A stretch of 64,000 nt of DNA from the human T2T-CHM13v2.0 reference genome, Homo sapiens. The translations under genes and the position numbers were made by a program. The notes under the pieces are model-generated. The model searched no databases, was not told the DNA's origin, and saw only the letters and a list, made by a program, of their open reading frames with translations. The DNA lies in the NCBI GenBank assembly GCA_009914755.4, contig CP068257.2, forward strand, positions 40,384,001 through 40,448,000. Direction: 5' to 3'. Numbering within the stretch: position 1 is the stretch's first letter; each line of letters opens with the position of its first letter. Below are positions 1 through 13,262 of the stretch, piece after piece.

Positions 1-327
1 AAGACTATAGCCAAGTTCTTGCACAGCAGCAAGGCTGCTCTTCTCAACAAATAGAGAGGAAGAATAAATGTAGTTTAAAACATTATCAAAAGCATCTGGC
101 TCACAGAAGTCAAGCTGAAATACAGTTTGTGACTCATTTTCCTTATTTGTGAATAAACTCTGAAAGTATTCGCTGCTGGCAGCCAAGACGTTTTTATGAG
201 CTCGGAACTTTTGGTCTCCAACAATCAGCAGCACATCACACAGCTGTCCTTTGAGACGCTCCTCATTCAGGGCACTTAGGAGAGAAATGGCGTGTGCAGG
301 GTTGATGTAATGCAGTAATCCCTCCAT
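1..327 (-). CDS. ZBTB21: 5' part of the ATG-containing coding exon of a BTB/POZ zinc-finger protein, 109 codons in frame, running off the window start. The N-terminus matches what I recall of human ZBTB21 (ZNF295).
   Basis: The reverse complement of 327..1 translates without stops to MEGLLHYINPAHAISLLSALNEERLKGQLCDVLLIVGDQKFRAHKNVLAASSEYFQSLFTNKENESQTVFQLDFCEPDAFDNVLNYIYSSSLFVEKSSLAAVQELGYSL. This has the canonical BTB-domain signature (LCDV..V....F.AHK.VLAA.S.YF..LF). The ATG at 327-325 lies in a good Kozak context (aagccATGG). The ORF track missed it because it is not stop-bounded within the window. Confidence 0.85.
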   Translation of the reverse strand, partial: MEGLLHYINPAHAISLLSALNEERLKGQLCDVLLIVGDQKFRAHKNVLAASSEYFQSLFTNKENESQTVFQLDFCEPDAFDNVLNYIYSSSLFVEKSSLAAVQELGYSL

Positions 328-358
328 GGCTTGAGTTTATCTAAAAGACAAAATGTAA
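328..358 (-). other. ZBTB21: 5'UTR tail of the coding exon (328-340) plus the 3' splice acceptor of intron 1 (polypyrimidine tract and AG at 342-341 on the minus strand)
   Basis: The minus strand reads ttttacattttgtcttttag|ataaactcaagccATGG, a canonical polypyrimidine-AG acceptor 13 nt upstream of the ATG. Confidence 0.75.
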
Positions 359-842
359 AATTACTACAGATATTGCAGTGAAAAGTTCCCCTGGCTCCTC
401 AAGAGCAGGGAACATCAGCTGTCTTTGCATAGGTACCAATATTTAGCAGACCGTAGGCTAACAGAAGCTCTATGAATGAACAATCTTATTTAAATAATGG
501 TGAAAATGTAAAATAAGTCTCGTGGTTTAAGTAGGTCCTCATTAAAATAGAAGAATTGCAGGAACTATAATATAGGCATTTGTATATCATCAAAAAGGCT
601 GCCAGAACTTGGCAGGTAGATATGGAAGCAATATTTGAAAATAAAGGTTTATTATTTAGGGTCCTTATCCATTTGATGCTTGGCACTATTCCTTACCAAT
701 TCAGAAAACAAGTACGAATTATCAAACCCCTGAAGTCTATAATTCTGAAAGAAAATCAGCTTTATTACTACATATACTTAAACATAATGTGAACTGTTAA
801 CAATTGGTTGCAAAGCAGGTCTTGTGAGACGCTTGTTTTTAT

Positions 843-985
843 TTTGAGACAGGGTATCTCTCTGTCACCCAGGCTGGAGTGCAGTGGCACCATGATGGCT
901 CACTGCAGCCTCAATCTCCTGGGCTCAAGCAATCCTCCCACTCAGCCTCCTGAGTAGCTGGGACCACAAGCACATGCCACCTTGC
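843..985 (-). mobile_element. Alu fragment (right-arm portion), minus orientation
   Basis: gagacagggtatctctctgtcacccaggctggagtgcagtggc...cctcctgagtagctgggaccacaagcacatgccacc is the reverse complement of the Alu consensus. It is truncated where the THE1 LTR begins. Confidence 0.85.
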
Positions 986-989
986 CAGG

Positions 990-1349
990 TGATGCGGTTT
1001 GGTGGTGTCCCCACCCAAATCTCCTCTTGAATTGTAACTCCCACAATTCCCACATGTCATGGGAGGGACCCAGTGGGAGGTAACTGAATCATGGGGGTGG
1101 GTCTTTCTCGTTCTCTTCTCATGATAGTAAGCCTCATGAGATCTGATGATTTTATAAAGAGGAGTTCCCCTACACAAGTTCTCTCTTCCCTGCTGCCATG
1201 TGAGATGTGACTTGCTCCTCCTTGCCTTCCACCACGATTAAAAGGCCTCCCCAACCACGTGGAACTGTGAGTCCACTGAACCGCTTTTTCTTGTAAGTTA
1301 CCCAGTCTTGGGTATGTCTTTATTAGAAGTGTGAAAATGGACTAATACA
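990..1349 (+). mobile_element. THE1-type MaLR 5' LTR
   Basis: It starts tgatgcggtttggtggtgtccccacccaaatctcctcttgaattgtaactcccacaattcccacatg...gggagggacccagtgggaggtaactgaatcatggggg and ends ...gggtatgtctttattagaagtgtgaaaatggactaataca. This matches the THE1 LTR consensus termini (TGATATGGTTTGGCTGTGTCCCCACCC...ACTAATACA). Confidence 0.85.
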
Positions 1350-2945
1350 GTAAATTGATACCAGTAGAGTGGGGCACTGCTGAAAAGATACCCGAAAATG
1401 TGGAAGCGACTTTGGAACTGGGTAACAGGCAGAGGCTGGAACAGTTTAGAGGACTCAGAAGAAGACAGGAAAATGTGGGAAACTTTGGAACTCCCTAGAG
1501 ACTTGCTGAATGGCTTTGACCATAATGCCAATAATGATACAGACAATGAAATCCAGGCTGAGGTAGTCTCAGATGGAGATGAGGAACTTGTTGGGAACTG
1601 AAGCAAAGGTGACTCGTTATCTTTTAGCAAAGAGACTGGTGGCATGTTGCCCCTGCCCTAGAGATCTATGGAACTTTCAACTTGAGAGAGATGATTTAGG
1701 GTATCTGGCAGAAGGAATTTCTAGGCAGCAAAGCATTCAAGAGGTTCTCAGGTGCTGTTAGAGGCATTAAGTTTTATAAGGGAAGTAGAGAATAAAAGCT
1801 TGGAGAAGTTGCTGCCTGACAGTGCGATAGAAAAGAAAATCCCATTTTCTGAGAAGAAATTCAAACTGGCTGCAGGAATTTGCCTAAGTAAGGAGGAGCC
1901 GAATGTTAGTCACCCAGACAATGGGGAAAATGTCTCCAGGACATGTCAGACCTTTGCAGCAGCCCTTTCCATCACAGGCCCAGAGGTCTAGGAGGAAAAA
2001 ATGGTTTCGTGGGCCAGGCCCAGGGCCCCCTTTCTGTGTGCAGCCTAGGAACTTGGTGCCCTGTGTCCCAGGTGCTCTAGCCATGGCTGAAAGGGGCCAA
2101 GGTACAGCTTGGGCCATGGCTTCAGATGGTGCAAGCTCCAAGCCTTGGCGGCTTCCATGTGGTGTTAAGCCTGCAGGTGTGCAGAAGTAAAGAACTGAGG
2201 TTTGGGAACCTCCGCCTAGATTTCAGAGGATGTATGAGAACACCTGTATATCCAGGAAGAAGTCTGCTGCAGGGCTGTGTCCCCTCCATGAGGGGCAGGG
2301 CCCCATGGAGAAACTTCTGCTAGGGCAATGCAGAAGGGAAATGTGGGGTTGAAGCCCCCACATAGAGTCCCCACTGGGGCACTGCCTAGTGGAGATGTGA
2401 GAAGAGGGCTACCATCTTCCAGACTCCAGAATGGTAGATACGTCGACAGCTGGCACTGTGTGCCTGCAAAACTCACAGACACTCAATGCCAGCCCATAAA
2501 AGCAGCCAGGAGTGGGGGCTATACCCTGCAAAGCCACAGGGGCAGAGCTGCCTAAGACCATGGGAGCCCACCTCTTATATCAGCTTGACCTGGATGTGAG
2601 ACATGGAGTCAAGGGAGATCATTTTGGAGCTTTGAGATTTGACTGTCCTGCTGAATTCTGGACTTGCACCGGGGCCTGTAAGCCTCTGTTTTGGCCAATT
2701 TCTCCCATTTGGAACGGCTGTAGTTACCCAATGCCTGTACCCCCACTGTATCTGGGAAGTAACTAACTTGTTTTTGACTTTGCAGGCTCATAGGCGGAAG
2801 GGATTTGCTTTGTCTCAGAAGAGACTTTGGTCTGTGGACTTTTGAGTTAATGCTGAAATTAGTTAAGACTTTGGGGGACTGTTGGGAACGCATGATTGGT
2901 TTTGAAATGTGAAGACATGAGATTTGGGAGGGGCCCAGGGTGGAA
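1350..2945 (+). mobile_element. THE1 internal region (MaLR-int) between the two LTRs
   Basis: About 1.6 kb bounded by two homologous THE1 LTRs. It begins gtaaattgataccagtagagtggggcactgctgaaaagatacccgaaaatgtggaagcgactttggaactgggtaacaggcagaggctggaacagtttagagg, typical of the THE1 internal sequence. It has no long ORF and is degenerate. Confidence 0.7.
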
Positions 2946-3455
<510 letters not shown>

Positions 3456-3528
3456 AAGAGACCTTTAAAAATAGAAAAGAATTTGGAAAGCAAAAAATTA
3501 TTTGCTAATTACTAATGAAAGTGTTTAC

Positions 3529-3848
3529 GCCAGGCACGGTGTCTCACGCTTGTAATCCCAGCACTTTGGGAGGCCAAAGCGGGCAGGTCACTTGAGGTCA
3601 GGAGTTCGAGACAAGCCTGGCCAACATGGTGAAATTCCATCTCTACTAAAAATACAAAAATTAGCCGAGGGTGGTGGCATGTGCCTGTAATCCCAGCTAC
3701 TCAGGAGGCTGAAGCATGACAATCACTTAAGCCTGGGAAGTGGAGGTTGTAGTGAGCCAAGATTGCGCCACTGCACTCCAGCCTGGTTGACAGAGCAAGA
3801 CGTTGTCTCAAAAAAAAAAAAACAAAAAAACAAAAAAACAAAAAAAAG
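3529..3848 (+). mobile_element. Full-length Alu, plus orientation, with an interrupted poly-A tail
   Basis: gccaggcacggtgtctcacgcttgtaatcccagcactttgggaggcc...gcactccagcctggttgacagagcaagacgttgtctcaaaaaaaaaaaaacaaaaaaacaaaaaaa. Confidence 0.9.
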
Positions 3849-4425
3849 ATTAGAAGTGTTGAAGAATAAGTTTGTTTTCTTTCTTATGCTATTTGCCTTG
3901 CAATCTCATGAATACTATTTTCTTACCAAATCACATTTTCAACAATAGCACAAAGGAAACTTTAGCCTAGTTCTAAATTTAATTAAAGAGTTTAAACTGA
4001 TATTTCACTGAAATGCTCTTCAAATCTAAACATGAGAAGAGGAGGCCTAGTGGTAGAGTGCAAGCTCTGGTGCCAGACACTTGGGTTGAGATGCCAGTTC
4101 CTTGCAGGCTGGCTGATTGTCCTTGGGTGTTTCTGTTAGCCTCTCGGTGTGGCAGATCCCTCACCTGAGTTAGGAATGACAACTGTGCCCTCCTCTTGCA
4201 GGGTTGTTGCAAAGAGTTCATCTAAAGAAAACTCAACAAATGTGCACTTAACTTTCAGAAATTGCAGGATTAATAGGCATCTAATTCAGTATCAAAGAAA
4301 GTGGGCAGATTAACCCCACCATACTCTCGATGCGGACAAAGCCATTTCATGCAGAGACAATGCCTGACTCTGTGTATTTGACCCTTTATTTAGGCTTCTG
4401 TTCCTCTAACACCTCATCCTTTTCA

Positions 4426-4724
4426 TTTTTTTTTTTTTTTTCTAGACAGGGTCTCGCTCTGTTGCCCAGGCTGGAGTGCAATGACTCAGTCTTGGCTCCC
4501 TGCAACCTCTGCCTCCTGGGTTCAAACGATTCTCCTGCCTCAGCCTCCTGAGTAGCTGGGATTACAGGCGTGCACCACCACGCCCAGCTAATTTTTGTAT
4601 TTTTATATAGTTGGGGTTTCACCATATTAGCCAGACTGGTCCCGAACTCCTGACCTCACGTGATCTGCCTGCCTCGGCCTCCCAAAGTGCTGGGATTACA
4701 GGCGTGAGCCACCACAGCTGGCTC
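4426..4724 (-). mobile_element. Full-length Alu, minus orientation, with a target-site duplication of about 15 bp
   Basis: A T-run at 4426-4441 is followed by agacagggtctcgctctgttgcccaggctggagtgcaatg...ggattacaggcgtgagccaccacagctggctc. The flanks tcatccttttcatt (before) and tcatccctttcatttt (after) form the TSD. Confidence 0.9.
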
Positions 4725-5699
4725 ATCCCTTTCATTTTATAATGCCATATTTTCTTTCAAATATTGTTAAGACATTTATTTTTAAGATTACATGAATCCC
4801 AAGTAACTATCTGTGACGGTTTTATCTTTCTCTAGCGGGCAAACTGTAGATGAACCAAACTTGACCCCAGCTCATTTGTAGGTTCTCTTCTGGCCTTTGC
4901 TGGTTACCCCAGCCACCAGGCTCTTCAGGAAGAGCCCAGAGTCTCCTAGGCTGTCAACCTGGGAGTGGCCACACACGGTATACAATTCCTTCTGACTCCC
5001 TGATAAGATGCAACTCAATTTAACCGACCGAGACACAGGACTTTGCTTCTAGAGATGATACCTTTAGCCTGTCCACAAACAACTACTTTGGTCAGACTGT
5101 ACCAAGTTTCTGTCCACTCCCGCCTACCATCCTTTCAAAGTAAATGGTAAATTTTAATTCCTCTATTTTTTTAAAAAATTATTCTATTTGTGACTACTTG
5201 ATAATTTCCCTTCCTTTTTCTTCTCTTAGTCATTTAAATTTTCCTTAATCCTACTATACTTTCTTTACATCTATTTGTATGAAGAAACCCTTACCATCTT
5301 TTACAGAGATCAGCAGAAAAAGACATAAGCTTATAATGTTACACGTATTGACTCAGCTGGGTACTGAGGAGTTTTTAGCACTAATAATTTTTGACAAAGC
5401 TAGTTCAGATGTTGCCACAGGGAAAAGCTGTAACACAGAATTAAAGGTACAGATTTAAAGGCTTGGATAGTCTTTGTCAAAAGGGGTTCTTAAACTCAAC
5501 TTGGTGGTTTAAAACTAGCAATTAAAAAATAAATGACTAGGACAGAGTAGAAAATATCAGAATGCATCAAATGTCATAAGGCTAATTATGAGCTTGAGAA
5601 ACTTTTGTTTCTATTATATATATGTACATACCCACATAAGCAAGCATGGACTGGATTGAGATGTAAAATGTATTCCTTCCTGTGGGTCAGTCAAAATAT

Positions 5700-5915
5700 T
5701 TTGAGAGCCACTGTTCTAGGCTAACCAACCTCTTTGAGCCTCAGTTTACCTCGCCATAAAATAAGGATAATACTAGCAGCTACCACATAATGCTATTGTG
5801 GGAATTAAATAAGATAATAATAGTCGCTACCATTTATATAGCACCTAACTGTACAGGAACCTACACTACAAACTATACCAGAAACTTCTCATGTCATTCA
5901 TTCATCAAAATGGGA
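5700..5915 (+). mobile_element. MIR SINE, plus orientation
   Basis: ctctttgagcctcagtttacctcgccataaaataaggataatactagcagctaccacataatgctattgtgggaattaaataag matches the MIR core (CTCTGTGCCTCAGTTTCCTCATCTGTAAAATGGGGATAATAATAGTACCTACC...GTTGTGAGGATTAAATGAG). Confidence 0.7.
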
Positions 5916-7136
5916 TCAAAGAAGGTGTGAAGGAGGCGAGGGATGAGCCATGGAGATAAATGGAGGAAGAACATCACAACAAAGGGAGAAGCTAAGGCAA
6001 CAGGAGGGATGGAGCAGTGTGTGCTGGGAGCCATGTAAGATGACATCTGAGAGGCAATAAGAAGTAAGACCGTCTAGGGCTGGGAGACCTCCAGAAGAAC
6101 TTTATTTTTTACTATGGATGAAATGGACAGCCATTGAAGATTCTGAGCAGAGGAATGACAAAGACCTGAATTACATTTCCAAAGGATTGCTCTGGCTCTG
6201 TTGTTGAGATTAGACAACAGAGGGTAGGTTATGGGGGAAGCTGCGGGCCAGCTTGCAGTCCACTGTAATGACCCAGATGAGAGAGGATGGTGGCTGGGAC
6301 CAGGGTGGTAGCAACGGAGGTAAAGGCAGAGTCATTAGAATTTCTAGTGGACAGACTGCAGGAGAAAACAGAAGGTGTGGAGTTAAGTATTCTGCCAAAA
6401 TAACTGGAAGGGCATCCTTAGGAGAGATGGGGTTTGACAGAAAAACCAGGAGTTCAGATTTTTTAAAGAATTCAGTTTTGATATCCTACACGTGAGCAGC
6501 AACCTGTTCATCAATGTACCCTTTATGAGCCTCCATCTCCGCCTTACTGTCCCTACTTCCTTTCTTGTGCTTCCTGGGATCAGTTCCCAAATAAACGTCT
6601 ACCTCTGAATCCTTGTCTTGGGGTCTACTTTTGGGGGAATCCAAACTAAGACACAAACAGAACTCGAAGCACAGGTAAAGGCTAACCACTTCACACTAAA
6701 ACCTCCCTTCCAAGGGCTTGTCCTGGCCCTTTAGTGTGAAGACTAAACCAAGGGGAGTTTTCTACATCCCTGGACCTGAAGCAAATGGTATTCCACAGAC
6801 CGTATGCATCCCGTTGCCAAAAAAGCAACATTTGTGTCCCTTTTGTTTAGAAAGGTTTCCTTCTTTATGCATTATTCAAAGTATCATGATCCCTATTTCT
6901 GCTCTAAGTCACTGCTTCAAATTTCTTGGATCACAGACCTCTATCTTCTTTGGATGAAAACATCTATGGACTAGGGGACAATAATAAAGTCATTCAAAGT
7001 TAAGTTGTAAGAGAAATACTCACTGTCCCTGAAAATTATTGGGGATTTAAAACTTAACTTTCCTATAACCTCCATTTAGAGCCATCACACCTGCCTGAAA
7101 AGTGCCTCAAGATGTCCAAATTCCTGATACACAAGT

Positions 7137-7420
7137 GCAGAATAACTTTATAGAGTATTTATTTTCCATTCCATTCAGTAGAACAGTAACTAGGTACTTA
7201 ATAACAGCTAAAATTTGGGTGTTTATTCTGTCACATATACAAAAATAAAGAAGTTATTTTTATGTATTAACTCAATATTTACATCAACCATAGGAGGTAG
7301 GTACTATTATTATCCCCATTTTACAGATGAGAAAACTGAGGCACAGACGGTCAAGTAACATGCTCAACGTCATAGAGATAAGTAGCAGAGCAGGATTCAC
7401 ATCAGCTGGCTTGGATCCAG
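7137..7420 (-). mobile_element. MIR SINE, near full length, minus orientation (copy A)
   Basis: atgtattaactcaatatttacatcaaccataggaggtaggtactattattatccccattttacagatgagaaaactgaggcacagacggtcaagtaacatgctcaa is the reverse complement of the MIR consensus. Confidence 0.8.
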
Positions 7421-7479
7421 AGGCTAAGCTCTTAACCCCTACACGACACTGCCTCTAGTTTCCTCTTCCAATTCTCGTA

Positions 7480-7570
7480 TCATCTTCTGAACTAGACAGT
7501 GTCATCAATCCTTTTTACAAACAAATGAGAAAACTGAGGCATTGAGAGGTCAAGTCATTTGCCTAAGGTC
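7480..7570 (-). mobile_element. MIR core fragment, minus orientation
   Basis: caaatgagaaaactgaggcattgagaggtcaagtcatttgcctaaggtcacccagaca is the reverse complement of MIR GTGACCTTGGGCAAGTTACTTAACCTCTCTGTGCCTCAGTTTCCTCAT. Confidence 0.65.
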
Positions 7571-7885
7571 ACCCAGACAATTATAGACTTATGGCTAGCA
7601 TCTGTCTAGTGTGTGCTAGAACCCTTCTAGACATGGAAGATATCAATTTAACAAGTATGGCCCTGCCTCATGGAGCTTAAGGTCTTGTGCAGGAAGAGAA
7701 CAGGTCAATTCATCAGCCTAGTCCAGTATGCTGAGCAGCAGACAGGATGTTTGCAGAGGTAGAGACGCAGTATAGATGACAGGCATCAGAGCCAGGTGAG
7801 ATGGAGGCCAGGAAGGGCGTTCTACGAAGAAAGTTTTATAGGGAATGCTGGGAAGAGATAGGAAGGATGAAGGACATTTCGAGGG

Positions 7886-8165
7886 ACGAGTATTTATTTT
7901 CCATTCCTTTCAGTAGAACAGTAACTAGGTACTCAATAACAGCTATAATTTGGGTGCTTATTCTGCCACACACACAAAAGAAAACACTTTTAATGTATTA
8001 ACTCAATATTGACATCAACCCTAGGAGTTAGGTACTATTATTATCTCCATTCTACAGATGAGAAAACCGAGGCACAGAGGGTTAAGTAACATGCTCAATG
8101 TCAGACAGATAATAAGTAGCAGGGCAAGATTCACATCAGCTGGCTGGGCTGCAGTACATGCAACA
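7886..8165 (-). mobile_element. MIR SINE, near full length, minus orientation (copy B, a local duplicate of copy A)
   Basis: atgtattaactcaatattgacatcaaccctaggagttaggtactattattatctccattctacagatgagaaaaccgaggcacagagggttaagtaacatgctcaa is about 88% identical to copy A and shares its indels relative to the MIR consensus. Confidence 0.8.
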
Positions 8166-10199
8166 CTACAGAGACAAGACAGAGCAGGAGGAATCCAAGG
8201 GAACCACAGGTGGCTTTGCCTGGTGAAAGGTAAAGGTACACATAGGGGAGGAAATGCCCATGAGGCTGGAGGAAGATGGAGGCATGAGCGCCCTGGGGGC
8301 TAAAATATGTCATCTGAGGATCTTGCACAGGAAAGCAACATTGTCCATTCTCCCCAGTACCCCAGGATCTAGAGACTCTAGATGTCTAGATAGGAGACAG
8401 GGGTAGCTAGGAGATGCAGATCCCTCACCTTCACATTAAGGCCCTTGTTTTTTTTACATTTTAATTCAATTATTAAGTTTTGAAAACAATGTACCCTTTC
8501 CTAGTCTGGCTGCAGACAGACAATTAACATATTGAATTTTTGTGTTTTAATGACAGTATATTTGAGTTTAACAATTACCTAAAAATATAAAATGCTCCAT
8601 CCATCAAGAATGTAAGTAAAAAGGGGGAAAATCACAACTGCTGACGATCACGAGATAATCCAGCAAGACTGTTTGTGGCTGGTGGCTGTGTAGACCGAAT
8701 CCTCAAAAACTTTTGATTTCTCTGCTCTTCTGCTGTCAGATAAGGCGAGCTTTGTTGCCGGGTGTACTTTCTCCTCAGTGTATTTTTCAGATCTAGACCG
8801 ATAAGTTTGCTGGCACATCACTCCAAATTTCCATGCAGGTTTTCATTATGAGTAATCAGGGCCTCCGACTTACAGAAGCAGTGCATCTTACACATAAACA
8901 CGCACTGCTGCCACCACCGTCTACGCCCCTCCTTTCCACGGCTCATCTCCACCTGACTCATCACGGCAGAACTTCTGCCACTTCAGTCATGGTGGAAAAA
9001 CCTTGGAGCTCTTAAAAGACCAGTGGGTGAAATTTGGAGAAAAGGTCTATTTACGAGCAACAGAAAAAACTAAGAGGAAAACCCCCCAGGAAAACCAGTT
9101 TCTAAAATAGGGCCGGCTTGCTTACCACTTTGATCCTCGCACACAAATAGCTTCCCAAAGCCTTCCTGGATTGTTTCTACTTCATGTCTTCTGAAATTTC
9201 AAAATGAGAGAATCTTTATGGTTAACAATTCACAGAAGACCTTACAGTTCCATGGAAAAGCCTTTCGAATCAGTCTATTTGTCTCAAATCCTGGCTCCGC
9301 CACCTATTAGGCATGGAACCTTCTAAAGATGACCCAACCTTTCTGACTAGTTTCCTTACCTGTTAAACATGGCTAACACTACCCACCACATAGGATTTTT
9401 ATGAAGGACAGAAGAGGCAACATGTTTGAAAGCCCCAGTACGTTCAGCACTTCCCATGTGGCACATGCACATCTTCCTTCCTTCTCCACTTCCCCTCACA
9501 GATGCTTGCGTGGGCCTGCTACCCACCACACATCACAAGAGGTGCTGGTGATGGGGAGATGAGTAACTGGCCTGCTTCTTGTTCTCCTGTAGCTCACATT
9601 TCCATGTTAGGACAGACAATAATTAACAAAGGATGTGAAGAATGCTACGGGAATACTGATTCCAGGAAGCAATTAATTTGGCCAGGGTGTAGGAGGGTGG
9701 AAGAGTGAATAGTGGGAACTATTCACTATTAACTATGAGTGAATAGTCCTAAGGAAGGCTTGGGACTCATCACTCCTTTGACAATTATAATACAAGCTGA
9801 ATATCTCTAGTCCAAAAACCCAAAACTACTTTCTGAGCAACGACATGATGCACAAAGGAAAGGCTCATTAGAGCATTTTGGACTTTTGGATTAGGGACGC
9901 TGAACCACTGGGTATAATGAGAATATTTCAAAATCCCAAACAATCTGAAATCTGAAACACTTCTGGTCCCAAGCATTTCAGATAAGGGATAGTCAACCTC
10001 TAATACTAAAGGTTCCATTCTTTACATTTCTACTATAGACGCTTTTCAGAAATGCTCATCTGGCCTTGCTGGGGCTTAAAACCTTCCAAGGGCTTGCCCT
10101 GGCCTCAACTTCCAATTCCCTGGAATGGCTACAAAACCCTTCAGAACTGGATTCCAGAAGATTATTTCATACCATCACTTCAAATTCCTCAGGTAATAA

Positions 10200-10542
<343 letters not shown>

Positions 10543-12349
10543 TCATATCTTAACATAAATTAATTCAATGCAAATACTTTCCTCTTTATAGAGTGTTAAA
10601 TCAGTTGTATGGAATTAAGATTTTTGAGGGAGAGGGAAGGTAGGCAATTTCGAATATAGAGCATTCTAGTGAGAAGCAGAGGAAAGCAAAGCGACTTGGC
10701 ACTCAGAAGGGTACCAGGGGGTGAGTGAGGGGGTGAGAAACAGAGATGGAAAGGGATCAAAATAATCTCACCTACTTGGACTAGTGTCATAGCTAAGGTA
10801 CACTATAAATTAAGTTGGCTCCCAGACTAGCCACAAAACTGCTACTACCAGTTCTACAGGAAAATGGCTCTTTACATCCAGCATCAACCTAGATTTCAAC
10901 TCTGGGAACATGGGTCCTTTGGAATGTTGGGGATTGCTTCTATAGTCCTAACCATGATACTAGAAAAAAGAGGGAATGCATGTAACACAAGGCAAATACC
11001 TAGTTAAAAAAACAAAGCATCTACATTTGACTTTGGAACATAAACACACACACACAGACTGCTTATCCCCAAACCCTCATTTCAGGATTTAGCCGTAACA
11101 CCTACCATTGGATTTTACTATTTGATGGTGATAGGAAGTTGCCTCTGAGTTTCGGTCTTATCATCACTCACTTGGTGACAACGCAAATATCCTCAGATTT
11201 CAAACCTAGACTAGCTTATCCAATCCTTCAAGAGGAGTCATGTTACTATCTTGTATTCCATTTCACCACACTTTCAGTCTCTAACAAGGGGGTTTGATTT
11301 TGGTTTGATGGTTGTTCTTGGCCACATTCAGGAGAATGATCCTACTCCAACATAGTTCAAGCTCCTTTGCACCTTAGCAGAGCAGACTCTGGTCACAGCC
11401 TTTGCTGTTTTCTTCCAGCCACTACACAGCCATTCCACCTCCTGTTAACAGCCCCATGATTTTGCTATAGAAGAACTGCTCTTGTCCCACTGTGTGCTAC
11501 AGCCTGATGTGCTCCTCTCCCCTACCTCTGGGCTAACCATACAACCAAAGCCAAACCAATCAGAAACTTTGTCCTCGGAATATGAATCCTGAGAAGAATG
11601 ACAAAGGCAATAAATAAATGAAGCTGACTTATCTCAACGGAGGCCTGAAAATGCAACCTTGCTAGTGCCTGCTACATAGATTCCTGGAGTTAGCTTGGTT
11701 TTTGTCCTTCTTCCTGGCCCAGTTTTTTAGCTTTTCTTTTAAGTCCAAGAGCAACCCTGTATCTTTACAATAAACTACTTTTTCCATTCAAGCCAGACAG
11801 TTTCTGTTCTTGTTATTAAAGAACCCTAATATATTTCCACGTGGTATTCACTGTTCCTTGTCATGCCTTCCAAACCCATCCTAATACAGCTTCTAGACTG
11901 AGCTTCTTAGAACAAAGCTTTGATCGCTCACCCAACATACACGTTAAATATTCCTATTATTAATTCAACTTATTTACTGAATTCCAATTCTGTACAAGGC
12001 ATGGTTAGATTTATCTGAAATATAGGGGTGCACCAAACAGACAAGACCCCCACTTTCTAGTGAGATAAATCAGATGCTAAGGAAACAAATAAAAAAGACA
12101 ACCTCAGATTCTGCTAAAAGTTATGGTGGAAATAAATAAGGTGCTATATCGCTGGATGCAGTGCCTAGAGAGGATGGTCAGAAAATACCTTGATGGAATA
12201 TTTCAGCTGAGACCTAAGATCTGAATGAAGAGAACCAGCTTTGATCCTGTTTAAAAATAAAATAATAAAAACAATTGTTCTCCATTAGGCTAAAATTTTT
12301 AAAACAATGACTAAAGGTCTCTATAAAATCTGGTTTCAAATGACTTTTA

Positions 12350-12671
<322 letters not shown>

Positions 12672-12883
12672 TTTTTTTTTCTTTCCCTTAGTTATTTCCT
12701 AGTGATCCCTTTCTGCTCCAGATACTCTGTCTCTAAGACCTAACCTGCACATCTGACTTCTCCCACTCCCCAATCTGGAAAGTCCTAGAACTCACCTAAA
12801 CCCCTCCTCAGCACACTACTCAGAATATTAATCACCTTTCAAAGCTCAGGTCAAGTTCCAGCTACTCCATAAAATCTTCCATT

Positions 12884-13262
12884 ATGGGTTGAATTGTGTC
12901 CCCACTCTTCCCTCCCAAATTTATATGATAAAGACTTAGCCTCCAGTACCTGGAGAATGTAGTCATACTTGGAGACATGGTCTCTAAGAGGTAATTAAGT
13001 TAAAATGAGGGCTTTAGGGTGACCCCTAAACTGATGTAACTGGTGTTCTTACAGGAGAGGAAGATTAGCACAGAGACATGAACAGAGGAAGGACCAAGTA
13101 GGGACAAGAAGATGCCATCTATAAGCCAAAGAGAAGCCTCAGAAGAAGCCAACCCTGCTGACACCTTGTTCTTGGACTTCTAGCTTTCAGAACTGTGGGA
13201 AAAGAAATCTGTTGAGTCATCCAGTCTGCAGTACTTTGTTATAGCAGCCCAAGCAAATGAAT
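12884..13262 (+). mobile_element. MaLR-type solo LTR (MST/MLT1-like), plus orientation
   Basis: It starts tgggttgaattgtgtccccactcttccctcccaaa. The middle reads gaggtaattaagttaaaatgagggctttagggtgacccctaaactgatgtaactggtgttcttacaggagaggaag. It ends gacaccttgttcttggacttctagctttcagaactgtgggaaaagaaatctgttgagtcatccagtctgcagtactttgttatagcagcccaagcaaa, the typical MaLR LTR layout. Confidence 0.65.
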
